Positions 36,578-47,531 are shown, numbered from the stretch's first letter. The stretch is DNA of 64,000 bases from Clostridia bacterium (GCA_017550105.1 JAFYLQ010000001.1:34566-98565), one strand, 5' to 3'. The notes: generated by a model from the letters alone, not told the origin. Translations and numbers: made by a program.

Positions 36578-37261
36578 TTAGTTTTCGTTAAACGGTAGTT
36601 TGGTATAATACATACCACGATAATCACAGTAACTCAAAGAATATATTAATTCCGGTTGAGATTTTAATTTAAATTTTACATTTTTTATCGCTGTAGCATC
36701 CTCAATTAAAAGATACGAAATATTATGTTCACCGCTCAAATGATCTTTCCATATTTCTTCGAATAAAGCCTCTGACATTTTTTCATCTGATTCAACAATT
36801 ACAAAGTCTTCAAATGAATATTTATCAGGCGATAAAACATCTTTCCTCACGAGCAGTAATAACCTGTCCTGTTCTTTAACTATCAATACAGAATTATCGC
36901 ACCTTCCATCAGACGAAAACAAAACACCGTCTTCATAAACACCACACGGAGAAAGAACAGATAAATCCACATTCCAATTAACTGTTTGATCATAAACCGA
37001 AAAAAGAGTATCGCATACTGTATAAAATGATCCCTCAACAAACCAATTGTTTGTAGGCAACTCCATTAATTTTACCGAAGGTAAATCATCTTTATCAAAA
37101 TCTTTCAATTCATTTACAAATATGCTCTCGGTTTTTTCGGGGAGCGATTGATTCGTTCCGGTATTGTTTTTGCAATTTTTTGCAACAAAGCCAATACCCA
37201 AAAGAAGAAAGCAACACAGAAAAAACACCAGAATCACAATAAATAACTTTCGTTTCATCAT
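36578..37261 (-). CDS. Candidate immunity protein for the RHS toxin (N-terminal membrane anchor or signal peptide)
   Basis: Lies immediately downstream of the RHS gene. RBS AAGGAAGGA precedes the ATG at 37261. The region is AT-rich. N-terminus KLFIVILVFFLCCFLLLGIGF. Confidence 0.6.
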   Translation of the reverse strand: MMKRKLFIVILVFFLCCFLLLGIGFVAKNCKNNTGTNQSLPEKTESIFVNELKDFDKDDLPSVKLMELPTNNWFVEGSFYTVCDTLFSVYDQTVNWNVDLSVLSPCGVYEDGVLFSSDGRCDNSVLIVKEQDRLLLLVRKDVLSPDKYSFEDFVIVESDEKMSEALFEEIWKDHLSGEHNISYLLIEDATAIKNVKFKLKSQPELIYSLSYCDYRGMYYTKLPFNEN

Positions 37262-37274
37262 AACATCCTTCCTT

Positions 37275-40200
37275 TTAAAACACACACTGAACAGGAGTGT
37301 CGTCAATTGGCAAATCAGAAGAAACTAGTGATTGATTGTACTCTTCGGCATCCCACACCATCAAATATAAATTACCATCTGGTGCAGCTAAATATAAATC
37401 TTTTTGATTATTCTTAGCAACAACCCAATCACCAAATATTATACCACCATTATCTATTGTATCAGAAAACTCATTGCCTATATGTCCATTACAGTTCGGG
37501 TGTGAATGAACCATTGCTACAACAGATGGATCAGATAAAATTAAACTCATATCAACGGTTGCATGCTCGCCTGTAACAGTAGTTGTTAGCCCATATGAAT
37601 TTGTATCAGGATTGTATGTAATACCTTGCCCATATTCCAAATTAGTGTCTTGAGTTCGTTCATTTAAATTAATACCTGATGCGATTGCCGCTTCTGTTAT
37701 AGTTTCATAAGGGTGTGTTTTTATAAAGAAACGATTAATTTTTATTCTAATTTCACTTATTTTACCAGAAACCCAATTTTTAAAATCTTGCCATTTCCCG
37801 CAACCACTCGGGTCACTAAACATAATAGGATTATTACTGCAATATGCAAACATATTATAACCAATAATATCCCCATTGCCGTTTAAGGTACCATCCGCAT
37901 TAATAAACCTACCAATTTCAGGATTGTAATATCTTGATTGCAGGTAATAAAGCCCCGTATCAGCGTCATAATAGTAGCTTCTGTAACGGATTGGGTTGTC
38001 GTTACCGATGGTGTAATCAGAGTTCACGATATTAACCGTACAATTACCCCAGGCATCGTAAGTGTAAGATGCGAGCAAGTCACCTGCAGCAGAGTAAATG
38101 CCTAAAACGTCACCCTGCATATTGGTTGTAACGTAATAATAGTGGTTGGTTGAGCCTTTTATGTAACGAATGGCTGTAAGCTTACTGTAGCTGTCATAGA
38201 AGAAATACATTTCTGTATCAACTTCGTCTGCAGCGTTGTAGGTACACTGGTATGTGAGCAAGCCGCCCAGATACTGATACATTACCTTACCGTTGTATGT
38301 ATAGCCACCGTTCTCGTTACTTACATACATATTCTTGCGGCTTCTTAAGCCATCGGAATCATAGTAATATGTATTACGAATGAGGTCATTTTCATAACGG
38401 TAAAGCTCTCTGCCCGTCCACAAAAGGTCATTGCCGAGGTATTTTTCAGGGTTACCAATAGCATCGTAGGATATTTTTTCAGAATCCTCATATGTGCCGT
38501 TACCGTTCAGGTCAACACCCAACAGTATATTGTTCCAACCGGTTCCGTCGTCATCGGTTGTTTTGTCATTTTCTTGACCGTAATCGTAGGTTACGGTTTT
38601 TGTTGCAGTAGAAAGTGTTGTGGTTGAATACGGATATATGGTAACAGACTCAATATTACCGAGGTCGTCATACGACCATACCTTTGTCTCGTTGGTAGAC
38701 TTGTTGTTTTCCCTTGTTAATTGGTACAAATCGTCATATTCGTATGAACGGTAAGCACCGGCATTACTAACCGTTTTAAAGCCGGCATCATCAGGATTAC
38801 TTGATGTACGCTGACCTTTTTTGATAGAGGTTATATTACCAACAGAATCGTAATAATAGGTGTAGGTATCGTTATTAATAAACTCCGTGCTGAGCTGAGT
38901 TGTGCGGTAAAGCTCGCTACCACCCGTATTACGGTCGGACATCTTGTAGGTATAGTTAACGTATATTGGCGTACCTAATGAAAGCTTATATTGATTAAGA
39001 CGGTTAAGACTGTCGTAATCATATGTTACCTTTCTGTTAGACGCTAAGCTGTACTGAGTGGGCAGATTGTCTTTTGCATAATTTGCAGAAGCAGCATTAC
39101 CCGAAAGAGCCGAATAACTGTACTCCTGAGTTATTGTTCTGCCACCGATGTTATTAATCAGCTTAGTAAGGTTGTTTGCTTTGTCATAAACGTTTTCGGT
39201 AAATGAAACGGGTGTTCCCGCATTATCACCGGCATACATAGTAACGTTCTGACGAATAGCCCTGCCTAATGAATCGTAAGCATAGGTGTATTTATAGCCC
39301 GTACCGGAATCTGTGTGAGCAAGTAACGTACCGGAAGCATCATAACTCCATTTGTAAGTTGTGGTGCTGTCGCCCGATTTGACTTTAATTGAAGTCAAAC
39401 CCAAATTATTGTATGTGTAGTTAATTGTATCACCGTTACCGTATCTTGTCAAATACAATACACCGTTGTTATCCTTATAATAATTTGTAGAAAGGGGTTG
39501 AGTACCGACATAGGTTGACGTTGTGTTGCCGTATTCGTCAAACTTAAAGCTATATGTTTCACCATAGGATTCAGAACCGAACAAAATACTCGACATTCTG
39601 TTGCCGCCATATTTACCGGTCAAGGTTTGGTCGTAAGTGTATGTTACCTTTGACGAGCCTGTGGATACAGATTCAAGTCGTGTATAATCGTTTTTTTCGT
39701 TTCCGTCTTCATCCTTGTATGTGTAATATTTGTTGGTTGTTGTTACACCGTTTGCATCCGTTGTAGTTTTCGGTGCACCCGTAGCCCAGTTATATGTATA
39801 ATGGGTTGCATTACCATGTTCATCATAATAATACTTTAAATATGCACCGTCATTTATACCGTAAGCCTCACCGCCCGTATGATACTCCTTGTTGGTTCTT
39901 ATAGCCAGGGTTGCATCGTCGTGCTTCAATGTATTACGAAGTTCGCTAACAGAAACCGTACCATTGGAATTGTATGCATTAGAAGTTGTAACACCTTTTG
40001 CTGAGGTTGTATGAGTAAGATTATGCTTACTGTCATAATTCATCTTTGTAGTATTCCCCAGAGTATCGGTATATGAGGTCATATTGTCATTGTCGTCATA
40101 CTCGGCATTGGCTTTTTGCTCTGAGTTTGCGGTTGCTTTAAGTAAATTGCCCTTTTCATCGTAGGTGTAGGTCTGAGAGGGCTCTTTAACAAGCATTAAG

Positions 40201-43200
40201 TGGTCAAAGTAAACGTAGTTTACCTGACGGCAATACCTGGGCACAATCTGGAAATACTTGGGTGTGTAAGTGCAACCCTCGTCGGGCTTGCTATACTCAA
40301 GTGAAAAGGGTGTTGAAGCATACTGCCACGAGGTTATGGTAGTGTTAAAGGTTGCCGAGTCCTTGTATTGCGAGACCTCGGTAACGTTTTTGTTTTCGTC
40401 AGTACGGTCATAGGTAACCTTAACGGCAATTTCGAAAAGGGCGATATTTTTGGTATCATCATCCGTTCCGCTTGTGTGGAAGGTGCTGTTTACAGGGTAG
40501 CCCCTACCCCAACCGCTGACAATATACGTATCGTCGGCTTTACCGTCAACATATATTTTTTGACTGTAGCCCTTTGCAACGTCCGGGTCACCGGTTATAC
40601 GCACGGACTGAGTGCCGTTTGCCTTGGCAACGGTGGTAATACCGTTGGTTACGGTGCTGTTTGAAGACGTAGTGTAGCTTGTGTTAATAGCGGACCAGCC
40701 TGTGGGCAAGCCACCCGATGATTTTTCAAAGCTACTGTTTTCAAGAATATTAAATGAGTTAGCCGCATTGCCCGATTCAAGCTGAATACAATCAAAATAT
40801 GCCGTGCCGTTCACGTTACGCAAGCAAAGATATATGAAAGTATGGGATTCGTCAGCAGGTATGGTTACGGTTGCGGTTAATCTTCGCCAGCCGTTATCTA
40901 TGCCTGTGTCGGTAGCTTCACATATAGCCTCGGAGCGAACGGGGTTATCTGCTACACCGTCAGTACCTACGCTCGTTATCTGCAAATGTGCGCCCGTGTA
41001 GTTATTTTCGGCAGTTTTGGTTACGCTACCCACTTTGACGTAGGCTGAAAGTGTATACGTACTGCCGTTTGTTAAGCCGTCAACCCGTTGGCGGTAATAC
41101 ACGTTGCCGATACCCGTAAGACCTGAATTGGTAAGCTTAAGGGATTTTGTACCCATATATTTTTCGGTTGCAACGCTCGGGGATGAAGCAGAGTGTGTCC
41201 AACCCGCGGTGCTTTCGGCATTACCGCCCGTAAGCAGGTTCACAACGCTTTTGCCCATTGAGCCCGTGGAGCTGACACGGTTCTTACTGCCGAGTGAGGC
41301 TGACTCGCCCGAGGAGTCTGTGAATTCATAGGAGCCTGCACCCACAAAGGAGCCGTTGCCGTATTTAATCTGTTGTGCTACGGTTCTGCCCGTGTTATCA
41401 AACTGCAGCGTGGTGATAATATCGTCGTCACCGTATGCTTCGTTGGTTTCGTTATGAATACCGTCAATACCCGCAGAGCGTATAACGGTAGTATTGTACT
41501 CGGTTCTGTCGAAGGTCACAATCTGACCCGCTTTAAAAGAACCGTTTGCATTTGTGCCAAATTCCTTGACCTTTTTAACCCGTCTGCCCGTAGCCTTGGA
41601 GGTATAGTCAAAGTTGAGTCCGTAGCCGTCGTTGGAAAGAACGTAGTTTATCAAGCCCTCGGCTGACTCCTCATATTCGGGTGTACTGCTATTCTCACCC
41701 TCATAAACTATTTTTGTAACGGTTTCGTCGTAATATTTAACACTACGCAAAAATCCGCCCGTGGTTGTAAAGTAAATTGTTCTGCCTGCATTGTCCTTAA
41801 TTGTTTCTATGTAATCAAGCTCAACGCCCTTATCCTTGTAATAGGTAAAGGTGAATTTATGACCCGAGCCGTCGGTTATATATGCAATTCGGGTTTTAGC
41901 CTGTAAACCAATTTCTGTGTTCTCACTTTTATAGGCTATATGTATATTATTGCCGTTGGCATCGTAGATATTGCATAAATTACCCTCAGAATTAAAGCAT
42001 TTTTGGGTATCGCTTTTATCCGTAATCTTATATGTACAATCATTGTGATTAAGGGTTAACGTTAAACCTAACCCATCCTCATCCTTGTACACGGTGGTTT
42101 CCTTGCCGTCCTTATCCTTTTCCTTAACCTTTTGGATGTAATGCTCGGTTCCGTCACCGTCGGTGTACACGTAGGGATAATTCTCTTTACTCTCGCCCGT
42201 TAAGCCGTATTTATCCGAGGGTAAGACTGTTTCCTGTATGCTGAGTCTGAAGCCCTTACCGGGTGTGGTACGTGACGAGTTGTTTTTGCCTACGGTTAAT
42301 CTTTCGTTAGCACAGTAGTTATTGTACACCGCCGAAAGTGCAAGGGGCATAAGCTCACCCGAGCTTGAGAGTATGGGCAGACTGTAAACAAGATTACCCG
42401 TGTAATCGTTAACATATGCCGTACCTGCGGTATTAACTCCGTAGGTTGAATAACTCCAATAATCCTCTACGCCCTTATTGTTGCGGTAGGTAACAACAAT
42501 TGTAGGATACACAACCGAGGTTATGTTATATTCTGCGGATATAATCTGGGCTCTGCCCACCTTGGATTCGTCATAGCCTTTAATAACCACACCGTAGTTA
42601 TTACCGTTTTCAAACCAGTTTTTTGCGGCACGGGTAATGTCAAATTGATAATAATCACCGCAATCGTAGGTAAGCTCTGCATAATCGAGTGCAGTGCTTG
42701 CAAAAGTCGGTTGGTCGTTCCACGTTGGTGACAGGGTTGTGTTGTTCCAATCCTCGGTTACTGTGTGAACAGATATGAAGCGTTTTTCGCTGCCTGCATC
42801 AACACTCATCTGATAAATCTGCAATCTTGCGTTCTGAATCACACAGCAATCGTCGGGCAATTCAGGTAGATTAAATTTAACGTAAGTGCGTGTTTTACCC
42901 AAGGTGCTATGACCCGCATACAAATAATAGTCATAGGGGTAGCTTGAATTGGGCGAGTTGTTATCAACATAGCAGTCAATTGTATTCTGTCGGTTGATAT
43001 CAAGCAATATTGTAGGGTCAATAACAACCGGATATGCTCTGCTTTTATCGTTAAGCCAGTTTTTATCTGCCGTTACGGTTAAGGTGTATTTGTCACCGTC
43101 GGGTGTCAATTCCATTGAAACCGAATCGGAATACGCACCGTTTGAGTCCATCATATATGGCGGTGTAATTACCGACTGTGCCTTGGTATGCTCACTGTCG

Positions 43201-44027
43201 GTATACAATACGATTGAGCCGTCCGCTTCTTTCTCAGGATAAAGACCGCCTAAATCCATAGTGAATTCAAAAATGTTTTTATCCTGCTTTTTTTCTAAAA
43301 CTATACTTTCTTTGATTACGTTGCTTGAAATTTCATATTCAAGGTTAACATCTTCAAATACATTCTCATACTTAACTGCACCCTTACGGTTATCTACACT
43401 AAGGGCGTTATCTTTTGTGATTTCAGCTTCATTTGTGCTTTTAAGTGAATATGTATCGGCTGTATCACCACTCACAATCTCAGCACTTACAAGCTCTGTT
43501 TCCTTTGCAATATCACCGGATGCATTTTTTAACCCTTTCTGGGATGCCTTGGGTGAAAATGCGATTGTTGTATCGGCAATATCAATGCTGATTTCGTTGT
43601 TGCCGTCCTTTGATATCTCAGAGGGAAACTTAACAGGCATATCCGATGAAGCCGGAGAAAACACCGAATCTGTTGAAAAAAGCTTTCCTGTAGTATTTTC
43701 TTCAATTGTAAAATCGTATTCTACCCATTTACCGTTCTTTTGATAATGCACGGGTGATGAATATTCGGCCGCAATATATGAACCGTCGGACTGACGGAAA
43801 TACTTGGTATATTCATCACGCAAATCGGTAATTTCATTTAATACCTCAACCTCATCTGCCGTATTCTCTGCATTTTCGGAGGTATTGGTTGTTTGGCTAT
43901 TTTCGGTCTTTTCCGTTCCCTGCAGTTCTGCTGCTATGGCAGGATTTGCCGACGAAAACACGCTAAGAAACATTACAAAGCTGAGGAATACCGATAATAT
44001 TTTTATTATTCGTTTCATTTTTGCCAC
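37275..44027 (-). CDS. Secreted RHS/YD-repeat polymorphic toxin
   Basis: 2250 aa. Signal peptide, then a DNRLRE-like domain, two CBM-like modules and many YD repeats. The RHS core ends YYLQSRYYNPEIGRFINAD...YCSNNPIMFSDPSG, followed by a 175-aa variable C-terminal domain. Confidence 0.9.
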   Translation of the reverse strand: MAKMKRIIKILSVFLSFVMFLSVFSSANPAIAAELQGTEKTENSQTTNTSENAENTADEVEVLNEITDLRDEYTKYFRQSDGSYIAAEYSSPVHYQKNGKWVEYDFTIEENTTGKLFSTDSVFSPASSDMPVKFPSEISKDGNNEISIDIADTTIAFSPKASQKGLKNASGDIAKETELVSAEIVSGDTADTYSLKSTNEAEITKDNALSVDNRKGAVKYENVFEDVNLEYEISSNVIKESIVLEKKQDKNIFEFTMDLGGLYPEKEADGSIVLYTDSEHTKAQSVITPPYMMDSNGAYSDSVSMELTPDGDKYTLTVTADKNWLNDKSRAYPVVIDPTILLDINRQNTIDCYVDNNSPNSSYPYDYYLYAGHSTLGKTRTYVKFNLPELPDDCCVIQNARLQIYQMSVDAGSEKRFISVHTVTEDWNNTTLSPTWNDQPTFASTALDYAELTYDCGDYYQFDITRAAKNWFENGNNYGVVIKGYDESKVGRAQIISAEYNITSVVYPTIVVTYRNNKGVEDYWSYSTYGVNTAGTAYVNDYTGNLVYSLPILSSSGELMPLALSAVYNNYCANERLTVGKNNSSRTTPGKGFRLSIQETVLPSDKYGLTGESKENYPYVYTDGDGTEHYIQKVKEKDKDGKETTVYKDEDGLGLTLTLNHNDCTYKITDKSDTQKCFNSEGNLCNIYDANGNNIHIAYKSENTEIGLQAKTRIAYITDGSGHKFTFTYYKDKGVELDYIETIKDNAGRTIYFTTTGGFLRSVKYYDETVTKIVYEGENSSTPEYEESAEGLINYVLSNDGYGLNFDYTSKATGRRVKKVKEFGTNANGSFKAGQIVTFDRTEYNTTVIRSAGIDGIHNETNEAYGDDDIITTLQFDNTGRTVAQQIKYGNGSFVGAGSYEFTDSSGESASLGSKNRVSSTGSMGKSVVNLLTGGNAESTAGWTHSASSPSVATEKYMGTKSLKLTNSGLTGIGNVYYRQRVDGLTNGSTYTLSAYVKVGSVTKTAENNYTGAHLQITSVGTDGVADNPVRSEAICEATDTGIDNGWRRLTATVTIPADESHTFIYLCLRNVNGTAYFDCIQLESGNAANSFNILENSSFEKSSGGLPTGWSAINTSYTTSSNSTVTNGITTVAKANGTQSVRITGDPDVAKGYSQKIYVDGKADDTYIVSGWGRGYPVNSTFHTSGTDDDTKNIALFEIAVKVTYDRTDENKNVTEVSQYKDSATFNTTITSWQYASTPFSLEYSKPDEGCTYTPKYFQIVPRYCRQVNYVYFDHLMLVKEPSQTYTYDEKGNLLKATANSEQKANAEYDDNDNMTSYTDTLGNTTKMNYDSKHNLTHTTSAKGVTTSNAYNSNGTVSVSELRNTLKHDDATLAIRTNKEYHTGGEAYGINDGAYLKYYYDEHGNATHYTYNWATGAPKTTTDANGVTTTNKYYTYKDEDGNEKNDYTRLESVSTGSSKVTYTYDQTLTGKYGGNRMSSILFGSESYGETYSFKFDEYGNTTSTYVGTQPLSTNYYKDNNGVLYLTRYGNGDTINYTYNNLGLTSIKVKSGDSTTTYKWSYDASGTLLAHTDSGTGYKYTYAYDSLGRAIRQNVTMYAGDNAGTPVSFTENVYDKANNLTKLINNIGGRTITQEYSYSALSGNAASANYAKDNLPTQYSLASNRKVTYDYDSLNRLNQYKLSLGTPIYVNYTYKMSDRNTGGSELYRTTQLSTEFINNDTYTYYYDSVGNITSIKKGQRTSSNPDDAGFKTVSNAGAYRSYEYDDLYQLTRENNKSTNETKVWSYDDLGNIESVTIYPYSTTTLSTATKTVTYDYGQENDKTTDDDGTGWNNILLGVDLNGNGTYEDSEKISYDAIGNPEKYLGNDLLWTGRELYRYENDLIRNTYYYDSDGLRSRKNMYVSNENGGYTYNGKVMYQYLGGLLTYQCTYNAADEVDTEMYFFYDSYSKLTAIRYIKGSTNHYYYVTTNMQGDVLGIYSAAGDLLASYTYDAWGNCTVNIVNSDYTIGNDNPIRYRSYYYDADTGLYYLQSRYYNPEIGRFINADGTLNGNGDIIGYNMFAYCSNNPIMFSDPSGCGKWQDFKNWVSGKISEIRIKINRFFIKTHPYETITEAAIASGINLNERTQDTNLEYGQGITYNPDTNSYGLTTTVTGEHATVDMSLILSDPSVVAMVHSHPNCNGHIGNEFSDTIDNGGIIFGDWVVAKNNQKDLYLAAPDGNLYLMVWDAEEYNQSLVSSDLPIDDTPVQCVF

Positions 44028-44397
44028 CCTTTCTTTTTCTCTCAGGTTCAGATATACGAATGCTTAACGGTACATCGGCACCAGCCCCTTTTTAATTTTG
44101 GTTTCATATATTAATGACAAAAAATCCAAAAGACTACATAAAAAATTTTATGTTTTTAAAACTTTGTTAGAATACACAAAACAAAAAGCGCTTCTTTGGC
44201 TAATATTCCCGTGAAAAGTAACCTGAAAAGTTTGTGCAAAATAGTGTTTAAACAATTATGTAATGAATAGGTATAAAAGTGTCAATATGCGGTACCGGTT
44301 TTATAGTGTCGTATAAAGGGAATTGACTTCGGAGTCATATAGATGTATTATATAATAGAAACAATATGAAACAAAATATACCCCAAAGGAGTATTTT

Positions 44398-46803
44398 ATG
44401 GAACAGTTTTATGACAGATTTAAGCCTCAGTGCTCGCCCGTTGCTCACAAAACCCATATGCTTGTACGTGGTGACGTAAGGCTTACGGTTCTTACACCCT
44501 GCCTTTTACGTGTTGAGGTACAGCGTAAGGGTAAATTCTGTGACGAGCCCACACAGAGCGTGTGGTTCCGTGATTTTGAAAAGCCCGAGTTCAGAGTTAA
44601 CGAGTCATCGGACACGGTAGAAATCAAAACAACAAAGGCAAACTTCCTTTATTCATTTAAAGCACACAAAATGCTTCGTGTTAAGCTTCGCGACGGCAGG
44701 GTTGTAACAAACTATACCGCAGGTAACCTTAAGGGTACTTGCCGTACCTTGGATATTACTGCGGGTCTTCCTGTTTTAGGTGACGGCGTTGTTTCTAAAA
44801 ACGGTGTTGCAATTCTTGACGACAGCGACACACTTGTGCTTAAGGAGGACGGTACAATCGTTCCCAGAAGGCACAAGGGAAGTGATAAATACTATTTTGC
44901 ATACGGCAACAATTACATCGGTGCAACTCAGGATTTATATAAGCTTACGGGTAAGGTGCCCCTTATTCCCAGATATGCACTTTCCAACTGGTGGAGCAGA
45001 TATAAAGCCTACTCACAGGACGAATACCTTTCACTTATGGATAGATTTAAGGATGAGGAAATCCCCATTACCGTTGCCACTGTTGATATGGACTGGCACT
45101 GGGTTGATATTAAATCCAAATTCGGTAAGGACAGCCACAAGGTAACAAGCCATAAAAATATTATGGAATACGTTTACGACGTATGGTCAACAGGCTGGAC
45201 GGGTTACTCCTTCAACACCGATTTGTTCCCTGACCCTGCGGGCTTCCTTAAAAAGTTAAAGGACGATAAATACAAGGTTACCTTCAACCTTCACCCTTCA
45301 ATGGGTGTTCGTTGGTTCGAGGACCAGTACGAGGATATGTGTAAGGCCATGGGTCAGGACCCTGCCAAAAAGCAGCCCGTTGAGTTTGATATAACCGACA
45401 AGAAATTCACCGAGAATTACTTTAAAATTCTTCATCATCCCTTTGAAAAAATGGGTGTTGACTTCTGGTGGATTGACTGGCAGCAGGGCACTAAGACCAA
45501 AACACCCGGTCTTGACCCCTTGTGGGCGCTTAACCATTATCATTTCCTTGATAATGCTAAAAATAACAACAGACCCCTTATTCTTTCAAGATTCTGCGGT
45601 GCAGGTAGTCAGCGTTACCCCTTGGGCTTCAGCGGTGATACCACTCAGACATGGTCAAGTCTTGATTTCCAGCCCGGCTTTACTGCAACGGCATCCAACA
45701 TCGGTTATCCCTGGTGGAGCCACGATATCGGCGGTCACTGTATGGGTAAAAAGGACGACGAGCTTTACATCCGTTGGTTACAGCTTGGCGTGTTCAGTCC
45801 CATTATGCGACTTCACTCCACTAACAACGAGTTTATGGGTAAGGAGCCCTGGAACTACAGCGGTCCCGTTGAACGAATTGCAAAAAGAAATCTTCGTTTA
45901 CGTCACAAGCTTCTTCCCTATATTTACACAATGAACTACCGTACTCACACCGAGTGCCGTGCTATTTGTGAGCCTATGTACTATGCATACCCCGAGGAGA
46001 AGAAGGCTTACGAGTGCAAAAACGAATTCTTCTTCGGTACCGAGCTTATTGTTGCTCCCATTACAGAGCATACCTCCACAGACAACAATATGGCGGGTGT
46101 AAGCGTATGGATTCCCGACGGAAGATTTACCGATATTTTTACAGGCAGAATTTACAGTGGTAATCAGTTTGTAAAAATGTATCGTGATATTGAGAATATT
46201 CCCGTACTTGCAAAGGCGGGTGCAATTATTCCCATGAGTGTTAACGACAGGGATAACGATTGCTCCAACCCCGAGGAAATGGAACTTTGGGTTTACCGAG
46301 GCAACAACACCTTCACCCTTTACGAGGATGACGGCGAATCCCTTTCATATATGGACGGCGCACTTCTTAAGACTGCATTTACCGTTAAAGAGGACGGCTC
46401 AACCGTAACGTTTACCATTGCCCCCGGTGAGGGCGACGTAAACGTTGTGCCTGAAAAGAGAAAGTACGACGTTTACTTTAAGGATATTGTTGATGCGGAT
46501 ATCGAGGTAAGAATCAACGGTAAAAAGCAGAAGGCAAAAACAAAGAAATGCAAGGGCATTATCTGTGTTACAGCTTCAATTGCTCCCACCGATGAGGTTG
46601 TAATTACCCTCAGCGATGCAGATTACCTTAAAAATAAGGATAAAAAGCAGGAGCTTACTGAAACTATTGCAAAATATCAGATGGCTAACGATTATAAGGG
46701 TATGTTGTTTACCGATTTCCTTAAAACCGAGAAGGCACTTCCGCCCCTTTCCGAAAGCTACACAGGTCCCATAAAAGAAATTCTCAGACTTTACAGAGGT
46801 TAA
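44398..46803 (+). CDS. Glycoside hydrolase family 31 protein
   Basis: 801 aa with VDFWWIDWQQG and GFSGDT motifs and GH31 architecture. Confidence 0.8.
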   Translation: MEQFYDRFKPQCSPVAHKTHMLVRGDVRLTVLTPCLLRVEVQRKGKFCDEPTQSVWFRDFEKPEFRVNESSDTVEIKTTKANFLYSFKAHKMLRVKLRDGRVVTNYTAGNLKGTCRTLDITAGLPVLGDGVVSKNGVAILDDSDTLVLKEDGTIVPRRHKGSDKYYFAYGNNYIGATQDLYKLTGKVPLIPRYALSNWWSRYKAYSQDEYLSLMDRFKDEEIPITVATVDMDWHWVDIKSKFGKDSHKVTSHKNIMEYVYDVWSTGWTGYSFNTDLFPDPAGFLKKLKDDKYKVTFNLHPSMGVRWFEDQYEDMCKAMGQDPAKKQPVEFDITDKKFTENYFKILHHPFEKMGVDFWWIDWQQGTKTKTPGLDPLWALNHYHFLDNAKNNNRPLILSRFCGAGSQRYPLGFSGDTTQTWSSLDFQPGFTATASNIGYPWWSHDIGGHCMGKKDDELYIRWLQLGVFSPIMRLHSTNNEFMGKEPWNYSGPVERIAKRNLRLRHKLLPYIYTMNYRTHTECRAICEPMYYAYPEEKKAYECKNEFFFGTELIVAPITEHTSTDNNMAGVSVWIPDGRFTDIFTGRIYSGNQFVKMYRDIENIPVLAKAGAIIPMSVNDRDNDCSNPEEMELWVYRGNNTFTLYEDDGESLSYMDGALLKTAFTVKEDGSTVTFTIAPGEGDVNVVPEKRKYDVYFKDIVDADIEVRINGKKQKAKTKKCKGIICVTASIAPTDEVVITLSDADYLKNKDKKQELTETIAKYQMANDYKGMLFTDFLKTEKALPPLSESYTGPIKEILRLYRG

Positions 46804-46804
46804 T

Positions 46805-47518
46805 ATGTCCGTTATTGAAGTTTTAAAAAATAATGCCGCAGATTACGGTGTTGAAATAACCCCCGACCTTGAGGCAAAGCTGGAGATTTATGCCCGACTT
46901 CTCAAGGAGTGGAACGACAAAATAAATCTTACCGCCATTACTGACGATGAGGGTATAGCAATTAAGCATTTCCTTGATTGCCTTTTGGTTTCAAAGGCGG
47001 CTCAGTTTAAAAGCGGTAACAGGGTTATTGACGTCGGCACAGGTGCAGGCTTTCCCGGTCTTGTGATTGCGGCAGCTTACCCCGAGGTACAGGTTACGCT
47101 TCTTGACTCCACAGGCAAAAAGCTCAAAGCCGTTGAGGATATTCGTGAGAAGATGGGTGTTGAAAACGCAAAGGTGGTTCATATGAGAGCCGAGGATGCG
47201 GGTAAAATGCCCGAATTCCGTGAAAAATATGATTTTGCAACTGCAAGAGCCGTTGCAGAATTGAGAGTCCTTCTGGAATATACCCTGCCCTTTGTAAAGG
47301 TGGGCGGAGCTTTCCTTTCATTAAAGGGAGCTTCTGCAGTTGATGAAATTGACGGCGCAAAGGTATCACTGAAGACCTTGGGCGGTAAAATTGACGGCAT
47401 AAATGAGTTCACCTTACCCGGTGGCGACAAAAGAGCCATAATAAACGTGAAAAAGATTTCGCATATTCCGTCAAGGTATCCGAGGGTATCTGCACAAATC
47501 GCCAAAAAACCTTTATAA
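46805..47518 (+). CDS. rsmG: 16S rRNA (guanine527-N7)-methyltransferase
   Basis: 237 aa with DVGTGAGFPG SAM motif and the family pattern. Confidence 0.9.
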   Translation: MSVIEVLKNNAADYGVEITPDLEAKLEIYARLLKEWNDKINLTAITDDEGIAIKHFLDCLLVSKAAQFKSGNRVIDVGTGAGFPGLVIAAAYPEVQVTLLDSTGKKLKAVEDIREKMGVENAKVVHMRAEDAGKMPEFREKYDFATARAVAELRVLLEYTLPFVKVGGAFLSLKGASAVDEIDGAKVSLKTLGGKIDGINEFTLPGGDKRAIINVKKISHIPSRYPRVSAQIAKKPL

Positions 47519-47531
47519 ATTTCCCGAATAC

